From IMG/VR virus record IMGVR_UViG_3300036670_000258, positions 1 through 33,411 of that record: DNA of 33,411 nucleotides; one strand, 5' to 3'. This DNA comes from a virus. Lineage: Duplodnaviria > Heunggongvirae > Uroviricota > Caudoviricetes. Position numbers and translations under genes: made by a program. Shown in pieces: positions 17,433 through 25,179 of the stretch; the stretch's first letter is position 1; the number at the start of each line of letters is the position of its first letter. The notes below the pieces were generated by a model, which was not told the DNA's origin, searched no databases, and worked only from the letters and a program-made list of their open reading frames with translations.

Positions 17433-17663
17433 TTATGTCATATAAGTATTCAGCGCCTTGTCCAGGTATGCATTTTTTAAAATATCGAAACAGCTGATTC
17501 CATTTATGTATTGCCATCCCCCTACATCATATTTATTCCAAATATATGTATTGAGCATATCGATCTGACATTCACATTCTTCAACAAATATCTGATGTGC
17601 TATGGCAGATGTTAATGTGTTTAAAACATTGAAAGTAGTTTGAATTGCGTTTTCTCTAGTCAT
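17433..17663 (-). CDS. Hypothetical protein (76 aa)
   Basis: ATG with A-rich leader; upstream TATATTTA (17694-17701) resembles the Bacteroidota -7 element TAnnTTTG. Confidence 0.6.
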   Translation of the reverse strand: MTRENAIQTTFNVLNTLTSAIAHQIFVEECECQIDMLNTYIWNKYDVGGWQYINGISCFDILKNAYLDKALNTYMT

Positions 17664-17718
17664 TTTATTTAAGTTTATACTAATTTCTATATGTAAATAT
17701 AATCAAAGAAATTGACAT

Positions 17719-17762
17719 AAAAAAACCCTGAATAAAAAGTTATTAACAGTTTTTCAGGGTTT
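17719..17762 (-). terminator. Intrinsic terminator closing the DUF2828-ncRNA transcript
   Basis: AAACCCTGAA...TTCAGGGTTT plus T-tract. Confidence 0.8.
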
Positions 17763-17776
17763 ATCTTAATATTACG

Positions 17777-18003
17777 GGATGGCTTTTCGTATTTTTTCTT
17801 CTTCGGCAAGAATATCCCTCTTTATGGTCTTCGTTAATCGAAATATAAGTCTACTAGATTCAACATATTTTCGAATACTTAATTAGAGAAGTATGACCTT
17901 GTACCATTTTTTCTAGTGGTCGGCCTTTAAAGATTTCCACAGATTAATTAAGTTAATAATTAACCATCATATCTGTTGTGTTTATTGTTTGCTGTAGCCA
18001 TCC
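17777..18003 (-). ncRNA. Candidate structured ncRNA unit 2 (227 nt, Y-RNA-like closing stem)
   Basis: 5' GGATGGCT pairs with 3' AGCCATCC; 5' arm continues ACAGCAAACAATAAA; internal hairpins ACAGAT/ATCTGT, ACCA/TGGT, ATACTT/AAGTAT, TCGAAA/TTTCGA, TTCTT/AAGAA, TCTTTA/TAAAGA; no ORF in the track. Confidence 0.6.
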
Positions 18004-18006
18004 ACC

Positions 18007-18064
18007 AGATTCCTGTCCATTTGCTTAATCGTTTTGCTTTTTTATTGTTTGCTGTATGGAATCT
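18007..18064 (-). ncRNA. Candidate ncRNA unit 1 (58 nt)
   Basis: 5' AGATTCC pairs with 3' GGAATCT; same TACAGCAAACAATAAA motif just inside the 5' arm. Confidence 0.6.
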
Positions 18065-18077
18065 TAATTTTTTTTAT

Positions 18078-19502
18078 TTATTTTATTTGTTCATATCTTT
18101 CTTTCATTATAGTTTTGTCCATTATTTGATACGGTGATTCAATTTTTCCGCCTAATATACTTGTCATTATAGCTGGAGAGAATCCAGATATAAGTGCAGT
18201 TCCATCTTCTTTAAATGAAACTGGAATTCCTCCATTCCTTGATTGAATATTCCAATATACTATTTGTGGCATATCATATCCAGCGTCATTATACATTTCA
18301 CCGATCAGTGCATTTACACTGGGATTCCATCCTTTTTCATTTTGCCGCCATGAATTTACAGCTTGATCAAATTCCATATCAGATAATATTAATATCTTAG
18401 ATGGCATTTCTTCTTTTTCTAATTTATTTTCAACAGAATGCTTTAAAATCATCCTGAATGTAGCTTGAATATCAGTTGACATTCCCCACTTCGATGAATT
18501 CATTTGAGAATATCTATTATACAGTGATCCTTTTAGTACTTGAAGCGTAGGGTTAGATGAGAATGTAATAAATGCATCCTTAAAGGAACCTTCATTTCTT
18601 TCTGAAATATAAAGTCCTAATGATATTGCAACATCCATACATGATACACTCTTGCTTCCTCCAGCTGATGCACTCATAGAACCTGATACATCTACTATTG
18701 GTAGTATATTTTCAGTAGTACCTTCCATATAATTTGGCAACGATTTCCATTGTTCGTTGGCTACTATTGAACTACCATGTTCCAGTGTCTTTGTAATATC
18801 GTAAGGGTATACTGCTCCTGCGTTAATTTTAGATTCTCCTTTTGTTAAAGATTCAATGTATGTAGAATAAGTCTCATATGCATTTTTTCCAAATGCCTTT
18901 TGATATCTTGCACTCGCAACTGAGGGTATTTTTCCAAAGGCAATGGAATCCCAATCATTAGCACACATTTGTGTTTCAACTACGTTTGTCAAATTAACTA
19001 GTAATTTTCGATATTGCCTTGGCGTCAAATTTAAAAATGACCTGATTCGGGCAGCGTTAATCCCCTTCCTAGGCATCCATTTTGCACATAGTGCATTATC
19101 AGCATCAAGAGCTTCTTTAATCATTGATAACACATCTTTTTCTAAATAAGTTCCAAATAATGGTAATAAATCATCCCATCTGCCATACTCTGGAATAAAT
19201 TTTAAGTTAGGTTTAAGTGAAAGATCATGATCTGCTGAAAGGTATACTAATATATCCTTGAATATTTGACGTTCACCTGCACCTCCTCTAATATCTCTAG
19301 CCCAAAATAATATTTTCATAGCGCGGATAGGATCTTCAATATATGCCTTTGAAAAAGTAGAAATTAATCTAGATTTATCTTGACCTCGCATCGCTCCTAT
19401 ATTAAAAAATAAATCAACACATGCATTTAATGACGTTGAATTAGTCGGCATGCCATTCTCAGTAAAAATGTCTTTAGTTCTTAATGCGTCTATGAAATTC
19501 AT
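18078..19502 (-). CDS. DUF2828-family protein (TROVE/Ro60-like helical domain plus vWA domain)
   Basis: TENG, RDIRGGAGER, YGRWDDL, AKWMPR, YRK, MIDAS DVSGSM, FITFS, WGMSTD, ILSDMEFD, IVYWN, SGFS. Confidence 0.88.
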   Translation of the reverse strand: MNFIDALRTKDIFTENGMPTNSTSLNACVDLFFNIGAMRGQDKSRLISTFSKAYIEDPIRAMKILFWARDIRGGAGERQIFKDILVYLSADHDLSLKPNLKFIPEYGRWDDLLPLFGTYLEKDVLSMIKEALDADNALCAKWMPRKGINAARIRSFLNLTPRQYRKLLVNLTNVVETQMCANDWDSIAFGKIPSVASARYQKAFGKNAYETYSTYIESLTKGESKINAGAVYPYDITKTLEHGSSIVANEQWKSLPNYMEGTTENILPIVDVSGSMSASAGGSKSVSCMDVAISLGLYISERNEGSFKDAFITFSSNPTLQVLKGSLYNRYSQMNSSKWGMSTDIQATFRMILKHSVENKLEKEEMPSKILILSDMEFDQAVNSWRQNEKGWNPSVNALIGEMYNDAGYDMPQIVYWNIQSRNGGIPVSFKEDGTALISGFSPAIMTSILGGKIESPYQIMDKTIMKERYEQIK

Positions 19503-19525
19503 TTTGTTTATTTTTAAATTCTTAT

Positions 19526-19554
19526 ATTATACTTGCTTTATTTGTTTTGTTTCA
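19526..19554 (-). promoter_or_regulatory. Promoter TGAAAC-N17-TATAAT for the DUF2828-ncRNA unit
   Basis: Exact consensus; -10 box 23 nt upstream of the ATG. Confidence 0.7.
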
Positions 19555-19786
19555 AAATAAATATTTTTTTTAAATTTATTTTAAACCAAAATAATAATAC
19601 AATAGATTCTAGATCCTTGTCTGCTATATTATCTTCAAGACTGGTAATTATAATAAAGTAATCAATTAACGTCTTAGATTCATCTAATTGTTCTAGGGTG
19701 ATGCTATTGTTAATACTGGATTCTATTTTTAATATGTGTAATTTTGACCAATGTATGTAATTGGCAGGTCGAAATATATATTGCAT
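19538..19786 (-). CDS. Hypothetical protein (82 aa)
   Basis: ORF downstream of a consensus promoter; no recognisable motif. Confidence 0.55.
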   Translation of the reverse strand: MQYIFRPANYIHWSKLHILKIESSINNSITLEQLDESKTLIDYFIIITSLEDNIADKDLESIVLLFWFKINLKKIFILKQNK

Positions 19787-19804
19787 ACTTATACTTGTTA
19801 AATA

Positions 19805-19847
19805 TTAAAGCTCTGTATATTATACAGAGCTTTAACTTAAAGTTTCA
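19805..19847 (-). promoter_or_regulatory. Promoter TGAAAC-N17-TATAAT (19819-19847) overlapped by a perfect 15-bp inverted repeat (19805-19835)
   Basis: TTAAAGCTCTGTATA-T-TATACAGAGCTTTAA centred on the -10 box. Confidence 0.7.
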
Positions 19848-19874
19848 TTTTCCTTTCTAGAGATTAATTTTACA

Positions 19875-20561
19875 TTATTTTTTCATCCAACCATAATCAT
19901 CAATAGAACCGTCATTTCTAAGTTCTTGATAGCGAGTTCCTACATCAAACAGTGTTCCAAAATGATGTCTCTTATCGTTAAAGAAATAAATATTATCTCC
20001 ATCTTCTTTGAAATCATATCGGTCTTTCATATCTCTTAACAGATTTGTTTTTAATCCAACTAAAATTTTGGCTTTAGCATTTGAATAATCAATTATCTTT
20101 TCAGAACTTTCGTATAAACTTTTTGATTCCTTAGAGCCTATTTTAACAATAGGCATGTGTTTTAACTTATTATATTGACTGTTTGAGACTATACGATTAT
20201 CCATATAACTTTGTAATGAATTCATAGAGTCGAAGCGATGACCACCAAAATCTATATCATATCCTCTGTAATATAGAAAGTATAAAGTGGATTTTTTATT
20301 AGATAATTCTTTTTGTTTTTGAAAAACAATCCCATCGGAATTTGTGATTTCATCTGGGAGTTTATCAATATTCTCATTAATAAATTGTTCAAATGTTTTT
20401 AATCCTTTCTTAAATTCTTTGCGTTTCTTCTCATATTCATCATCAGCATCTCCACTTTTTGATAAAATATCCCCTGAGCCATCTGTAGTTGCAGTAGGAA
20501 GTAAAAGAGGTCCCATACCACCTATATTTGATAGTTCTATATTTTCATTTGATTCTTTCAT
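19875..20561 (-). CDS. Hypothetical modular protein, probable virion/internal
   Basis: Internal LKTFEQFINE motif and LYES site; N-terminal GGMG..P..GSGD segment. Confidence 0.65.
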   Translation of the reverse strand: MKESNENIELSNIGGMGPLLLPTATTDGSGDILSKSGDADDEYEKKRKEFKKGLKTFEQFINENIDKLPDEITNSDGIVFQKQKELSNKKSTLYFLYYRGYDIDFGGHRFDSMNSLQSYMDNRIVSNSQYNKLKHMPIVKIGSKESKSLYESSEKIIDYSNAKAKILVGLKTNLLRDMKDRYDFKEDGDNIYFFNDKRHHFGTLFDVGTRYQELRNDGSIDDYGWMKK

Positions 20562-20563
20562 TT

Positions 20564-21886
20564 TTATTCTAATCCTAATTCTTGTTCAAGATCTTCCCAG
20601 TTAAAGTCTGAAATAACCTCGTTTGCTGTCATTTTATTATCTCCCGCCCAATCAATTATATAATCAAACATTTCGTCTGCAGTATAATCATCCTCATCTA
20701 TGTTTGATTTTTTGCTATCGAATTTTTTCTCATACGCATCGTAGATTTCGTCTGCAACTTTTTCTGCAAATTGTTTTAATTTTTTAATGTCAGATGCACT
20801 GAATTTTTCATTAATAAATTGTTCGAATAATTGAATATGTTTCATTGTTTCATTGTTTTCTTTTAAATCAATTGACCATGCATATTCAACGTAAGAGATT
20901 GCGTCATTTTCTTCAACTTCCCAGTTTTTGGCGGCTTTGTATACTATATCCTTTGTGATTTTAGAATTTGGATATTTAGATATTTCTTTGTCAAATCCAC
21001 CCGGAACCCATATTTCTGGATTTTTTGTTGTCTTTTCAGTTAATATGCCCTTTAGAACAGTACTTCCTGTTTTTGATAATGTAATTCCATCCTCAGAAAC
21101 GTTAAAATAATGAGAATTTCTTTTTATCCATCGAGTAGAGTCAGATGTCATTTCCTTTAGTATTGTATCGAATTCTTCTTGTGTAATTTGCCCGTCCTTT
21201 AATGCTTCTATTACTTTGTTTCTGATTTTAGCATGATGACCTACGGTAATGGCTGGATTGCCATCAGTGTATTGTCTTTTAAGGGTGATAGTTCTTTCAT
21301 TAAGGGATTCTTTAATAAAAAGCTTAATGTCCTCTACACTTTGTGCTTCTATTTCTCTATCTTGAGCAAGCATGTCTAATGCTTCTTGATATTTTCTTTT
21401 TGACCATAATTTATCAAACTCTTCAATATCATCATCTTCACCAAAAAATAAATACCCTGGGTTTCCACTGGTTTCATCATTTAATAATTTAACTGCTTTA
21501 TTTACGTCTTTAGCCATAAAAGCACTAGCCTCACTTAGTGATTCTTCAATTGCACTATCATATATCGACTGAAGCCAATCTTCTAGATCTTTATTATCTC
21601 CCTTTGTAAATTGAGGATATTCTTTTTTTGCCTGCTTTACAAAATCTTTAAAATTCTTAGAATCCTTTGCAATTAAATCTAAATCTGACATTGATTCATA
21701 TATCTCTAAAGATTCATCTACACCTAATCCTAGTTTTTCTATTGTTGATTTAATAAAAAATACAGCATCAGCCTCTGAATAGCCATATTCCTTTGCGGTT
21801 TTAGTGACAAAGGCCGCAACCTTTTTTTCACCAGCAGAAACTGCCTCATTTAAAAAATCATTAAAATCTGTTTTTATAAATCCCAT
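20564..21886 (-). CDS. Acidic modular polyprotein, probable head-internal protein
   Basis: FNDFLNEA start; repeated xxE|S/A sites; internal MKHIQLFEQFINEK at 20845. Confidence 0.65.
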   Translation of the reverse strand: MGFIKTDFNDFLNEAVSAGEKKVAAFVTKTAKEYGYSEADAVFFIKSTIEKLGLGVDESLEIYESMSDLDLIAKDSKNFKDFVKQAKKEYPQFTKGDNKDLEDWLQSIYDSAIEESLSEASAFMAKDVNKAVKLLNDETSGNPGYLFFGEDDDIEEFDKLWSKRKYQEALDMLAQDREIEAQSVEDIKLFIKESLNERTITLKRQYTDGNPAITVGHHAKIRNKVIEALKDGQITQEEFDTILKEMTSDSTRWIKRNSHYFNVSEDGITLSKTGSTVLKGILTEKTTKNPEIWVPGGFDKEISKYPNSKITKDIVYKAAKNWEVEENDAISYVEYAWSIDLKENNETMKHIQLFEQFINEKFSASDIKKLKQFAEKVADEIYDAYEKKFDSKKSNIDEDDYTADEMFDYIIDWAGDNKMTANEVISDFNWEDLEQELGLE

Positions 21887-21908
21887 TACTTATTTTATTT
21901 TGTTTTTA

Positions 21909-23786
21909 TTATTTATTATGATTAATAAATTGATCGAATGTCATTGTTTCTTTAGAATTATTTTCTGCAACTATTCCCATTGAATCTTCTAATTTTGATT
22001 TAAGTTCAAAATACATAGAATGAATAGATTTTGGAGTCATATTCTTAAATACAGTTTCGTTGCCTTCGATCATTGCATTTCTTACTGCAGTAGCTGAAAT
22101 ATCATCATCGTTTCTTGGTATTTCAAAAAGTCCAAAATCAGATCTTGCGTTTAATTGATCTCGATATGAATCATTATTGACTTGATAACCATAACTTATC
22201 ATTCTATCGCTACCGGTTCCCCATAGGACAGGTTCATATTTTGGTCTCATTTCATTAAACATTACATCAATACCTCCAGTGGGAACGATATAAATTTCCT
22301 TCAGAAAAGGATATTGTTTTTTAACGTTTTTAAACATTTCTATTTGAGTTTTCTCATCATATGGCCTACTAAATTCATCACCCTTTTTCTTAGACTTTGC
22401 TTTAACTAGAAATACAACAACCGGATATCCGTTTTCTTTATGTATTCTTTCTAATACTTTAGCATGTCCTATTGTAAATGGTTGAAATCTACCAACAAAC
22501 ATATTTACAGGTTGTTTTCCTTGCTCATTGTATTTTACATTGAGGGCTTCGTTTAAATCAACTGAAGATCTAATTCTATTATTTAATATAAAGTTTTGAT
22601 AATCATAGATTGAGTTTTCATCTGTTTTTTCTGCAAATACTTTTTCTGATATCTTATCAATTATATTATTCATCCCGTTCATTGTATCATTATCGATTAA
22701 ATCTGATGTCTTATTTCTTTTCTTTCTAAATGAACTTAAAATCATTTTAAATAATTCTGCTAAAATTTCATTTGAAGCATATTTTAATGTCTTTTCGTTT
22801 TTAATATATTTAGTATTTAATTTAAATGAATTAGCTGATGCGAATTCTGCGCTTTCAAAATTAACTCCAATATATTTTGTTGAATTTTTACCTATATAGT
22901 CATTAAATATAACTGACATTATTGCAATATATCTATAATCTGCATTTTCTTCTTCTAGTTGAATTTCATCTAAATTGTATTGCGTTATAAATTCTAAAAA
23001 ATCAGTAACTGCTATTTGATAAGTATGACTTGATTCCTTATTGTCTTCAATATTATATGTCCTGTTAAAGTCTTCTATTTTAAAAGAGCTCATTGTTCTA
23101 CCGTCAATAAAATTAAGAATAAGGCCATCAATCTCAGACTCTAAATCAGAATTTAGAGCAGAAGCGCTAATACTTGGATTAAATATCTTAAAAATGGTGG
23201 ATGTAAAACTTGTTTTATCATTAGTTTCGCCAAAGTATTCAAATTTATCAGAAAACTCTCTATTATTCATAGTTAGTATTGAAAGTAATTCATTTCTCTG
23301 TTGTTGTGATAGATATCCGTCAAAAATGACAGTAGATGATTGCACTTGTAATTTATTAGACCATTTCTTTAAGATTTCAGGATCGTTAATTGTTTTTTTA
23401 ACCTTTCCGTTTTCACCTATTTGTTGAATATGATTTAATATTAAATTGTTTGTAGGGGTGTTTTGGTATTTAATTTTAGATGCATCTACTTCCGGTAAAT
23501 ATTCAAATCCAAATCTCCAATCAGTTGGCATTTCATTTTTAATATCAGTGGATAAACTCTGTATATAATTAATGGCAACCTCATATAGGGATATAATTGT
23601 TCTATCAACTAGGTTTAATTTGTCAGAGCTTGAAGATTTGTAATATTCAAATCCATCTTCGCGTCTTCTGACAAGAAATACTGGAGCTGCAACTTTTTCA
23701 GTTACTAACACCCTATTCTTTAACATATCAATAAATTCTTCTCTATTGGTATCATTAAAATATTCTCTTAGTTTTTGTAAAGCCAT
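21909..23786 (-). CDS. Fusion of a degenerate ATP-dependent ligase-like domain and a cytidylyltransferase/NMNAT-like (HxGH) domain
   Basis: N-half TEKVAA, FGFEY, DGLIL, FKI; C-half GRFQPFTIGH, GSDR, ISATAVR. Confidence 0.7.
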   Translation of the reverse strand: MALQKLREYFNDTNREEFIDMLKNRVLVTEKVAAPVFLVRRREDGFEYYKSSSSDKLNLVDRTIISLYEVAINYIQSLSTDIKNEMPTDWRFGFEYLPEVDASKIKYQNTPTNNLILNHIQQIGENGKVKKTINDPEILKKWSNKLQVQSSTVIFDGYLSQQQRNELLSILTMNNREFSDKFEYFGETNDKTSFTSTIFKIFNPSISASALNSDLESEIDGLILNFIDGRTMSSFKIEDFNRTYNIEDNKESSHTYQIAVTDFLEFITQYNLDEIQLEEENADYRYIAIMSVIFNDYIGKNSTKYIGVNFESAEFASANSFKLNTKYIKNEKTLKYASNEILAELFKMILSSFRKKRNKTSDLIDNDTMNGMNNIIDKISEKVFAEKTDENSIYDYQNFILNNRIRSSVDLNEALNVKYNEQGKQPVNMFVGRFQPFTIGHAKVLERIHKENGYPVVVFLVKAKSKKKGDEFSRPYDEKTQIEMFKNVKKQYPFLKEIYIVPTGGIDVMFNEMRPKYEPVLWGTGSDRMISYGYQVNNDSYRDQLNARSDFGLFEIPRNDDDISATAVRNAMIEGNETVFKNMTPKSIHSMYFELKSKLEDSMGIVAENNSKETMTFDQFINHNK

Positions 23787-23828
23787 TGTCTTCTTTATTT
23801 TATAATTCTGTAATTTATTGTTTTGATT

Positions 23829-25118
23829 TTATCTTCCGTATTTGATAATTCCCATGAGTTGATTAATTGCAGCGAATGTTCCAGTAAGCTTATACATCTT
23901 TCCTTTATACGAAAATACAACTCCTTCTGTTGGAATAATCGATTCGATTCCTCCAATTCGTTGTAATCTTTCTAATTCACTTGCAACTTTTTCGATTTGA
24001 GAAAGGTCTCCATTTAATTTTATTTTATCGGCAGAAGTTCTAATTTCAGTATGCAGTCTTTGCATTTCCTTGTCAGGGGAAGCTGCTACAAAATTACTAG
24101 CATTCTTTAAAATAACACTACCTAATTCAAGAAATAAATCTTCGAATGGTCTAATATTTTCTTTAAATTTAGACTTAAAGTCTTCTTTATCAAATTTCTT
24201 AATTGCAGCACTTTGCTCCTTTGTTAATACTTTGTCAAGAGATCTTAAATTAAGTGTTTTTTTATCATCATATGCCCATCTTAATAATAATCCTTCTTTA
24301 ATATCTTGTGGATATTCACTAAACAGATTTTCAATTTGTTCTCTCCACCACATTTCATGATATCTAGCAACCTCGTCTGCATCTGTTAAATTATATCTGT
24401 CCTTTAACACATTTAATTTACCTAAAAATTTAGATCTATTTGCTTCAAAATCAACATCCTTTTGTAATTTAATAATTTGAGGAGGAATAATAGTAAAGAC
24501 TTTACCTACATTGGCATTTAGTGATTTAAGAACACCTGCAATACCCTTGGCGGCACTATTATCATCTCCTATTATGTTTCCATCTCCGTCTGTTTTTTTA
24601 ACACCATGAAACTGTATTACATCCACATCATAATGAATTACATTTGGATTTTGTGAATATATTAACTCCATATTCATGAAATTAAGGCCATTTTGAAACG
24701 TTTCATCCTGTATTTTGCTTGGTAATTTAATTAATAATGTAGCTAAATCGGATGCTGCAAATTGAAAGGTATCTTGAACTAATTTACTAGGATGTCCTTC
24801 AAATTTGTTTTGAAATTCTCCAAGTGACATTGGATTTTTAAGTTCTGTCTTATTTCTTGCAAATTTAACTTCTCCTGATTGTATTGTTGCAAATACATTT
24901 TGTCCATCTGTTTTTTCAGTAGGTTCTGATTCAAAGTTTAATTCTCCTTGAAGTCCGCCGATAATCATATTTTTAAAATCGCCAAATGTTAAATCATTAT
25001 TATCAAATGGATGACTCATATGTCCTGCAGCTCCTCCTTCTAATAATAAAGATTCATATAGTTTAACTTCATACTTTTCTGTTAAAAACTGATTAAAATT
25101 AAGAATTTTTGTTTTCAT
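23829..25118 (-). CDS. RNA-ligase-like covalent nucleotidyltransferase (DUF6267-like) with capsid-targeting-like N-terminus
   Basis: LNFNQFLTE..LLEGGAAGHMSHP; motif I EKTDG, NMELIY, IQFHG, motif IV EGVVF, motif V YKLTG. Confidence 0.65.
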   Translation of the reverse strand: MKTKILNFNQFLTEKYEVKLYESLLLEGGAAGHMSHPFDNNDLTFGDFKNMIIGGLQGELNFESEPTEKTDGQNVFATIQSGEVKFARNKTELKNPMSLGEFQNKFEGHPSKLVQDTFQFAASDLATLLIKLPSKIQDETFQNGLNFMNMELIYSQNPNVIHYDVDVIQFHGVKKTDGDGNIIGDDNSAAKGIAGVLKSLNANVGKVFTIIPPQIIKLQKDVDFEANRSKFLGKLNVLKDRYNLTDADEVARYHEMWWREQIENLFSEYPQDIKEGLLLRWAYDDKKTLNLRSLDKVLTKEQSAAIKKFDKEDFKSKFKENIRPFEDLFLELGSVILKNASNFVAASPDKEMQRLHTEIRTSADKIKLNGDLSQIEKVASELERLQRIGGIESIIPTEGVVFSYKGKMYKLTGTFAAINQLMGIIKYGR

Positions 25119-25130
25119 AGTTTATATACT

Positions 25131-25162
25131 AAAAATACCTGGTATTAAATCTACCAGGTATT
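25131..25162 (-). terminator. Probable intrinsic terminator
   Basis: AATACCTGGTA-GATTTAA-TACCAGGTATT plus T-tract, followed by AGTATATA. Confidence 0.7.
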
Positions 25163-25179
25163 ATTTATTTAAATTATTT

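Noticed and set aside
17777-18003. Canonical tRNA in the non-coding gap
   Set aside because: TTCGAA-like words exist, but I could not build a cloverleaf with proper T-stem and acceptor stem; tRNAscan/ARAGORN would settle it.
17981-18056. 16-nt direct repeat 60 nt apart as a mini-CRISPR
   Set aside because: Only two short copies, no cas gene; better explained as the shared motif of stem-closed RNA units.
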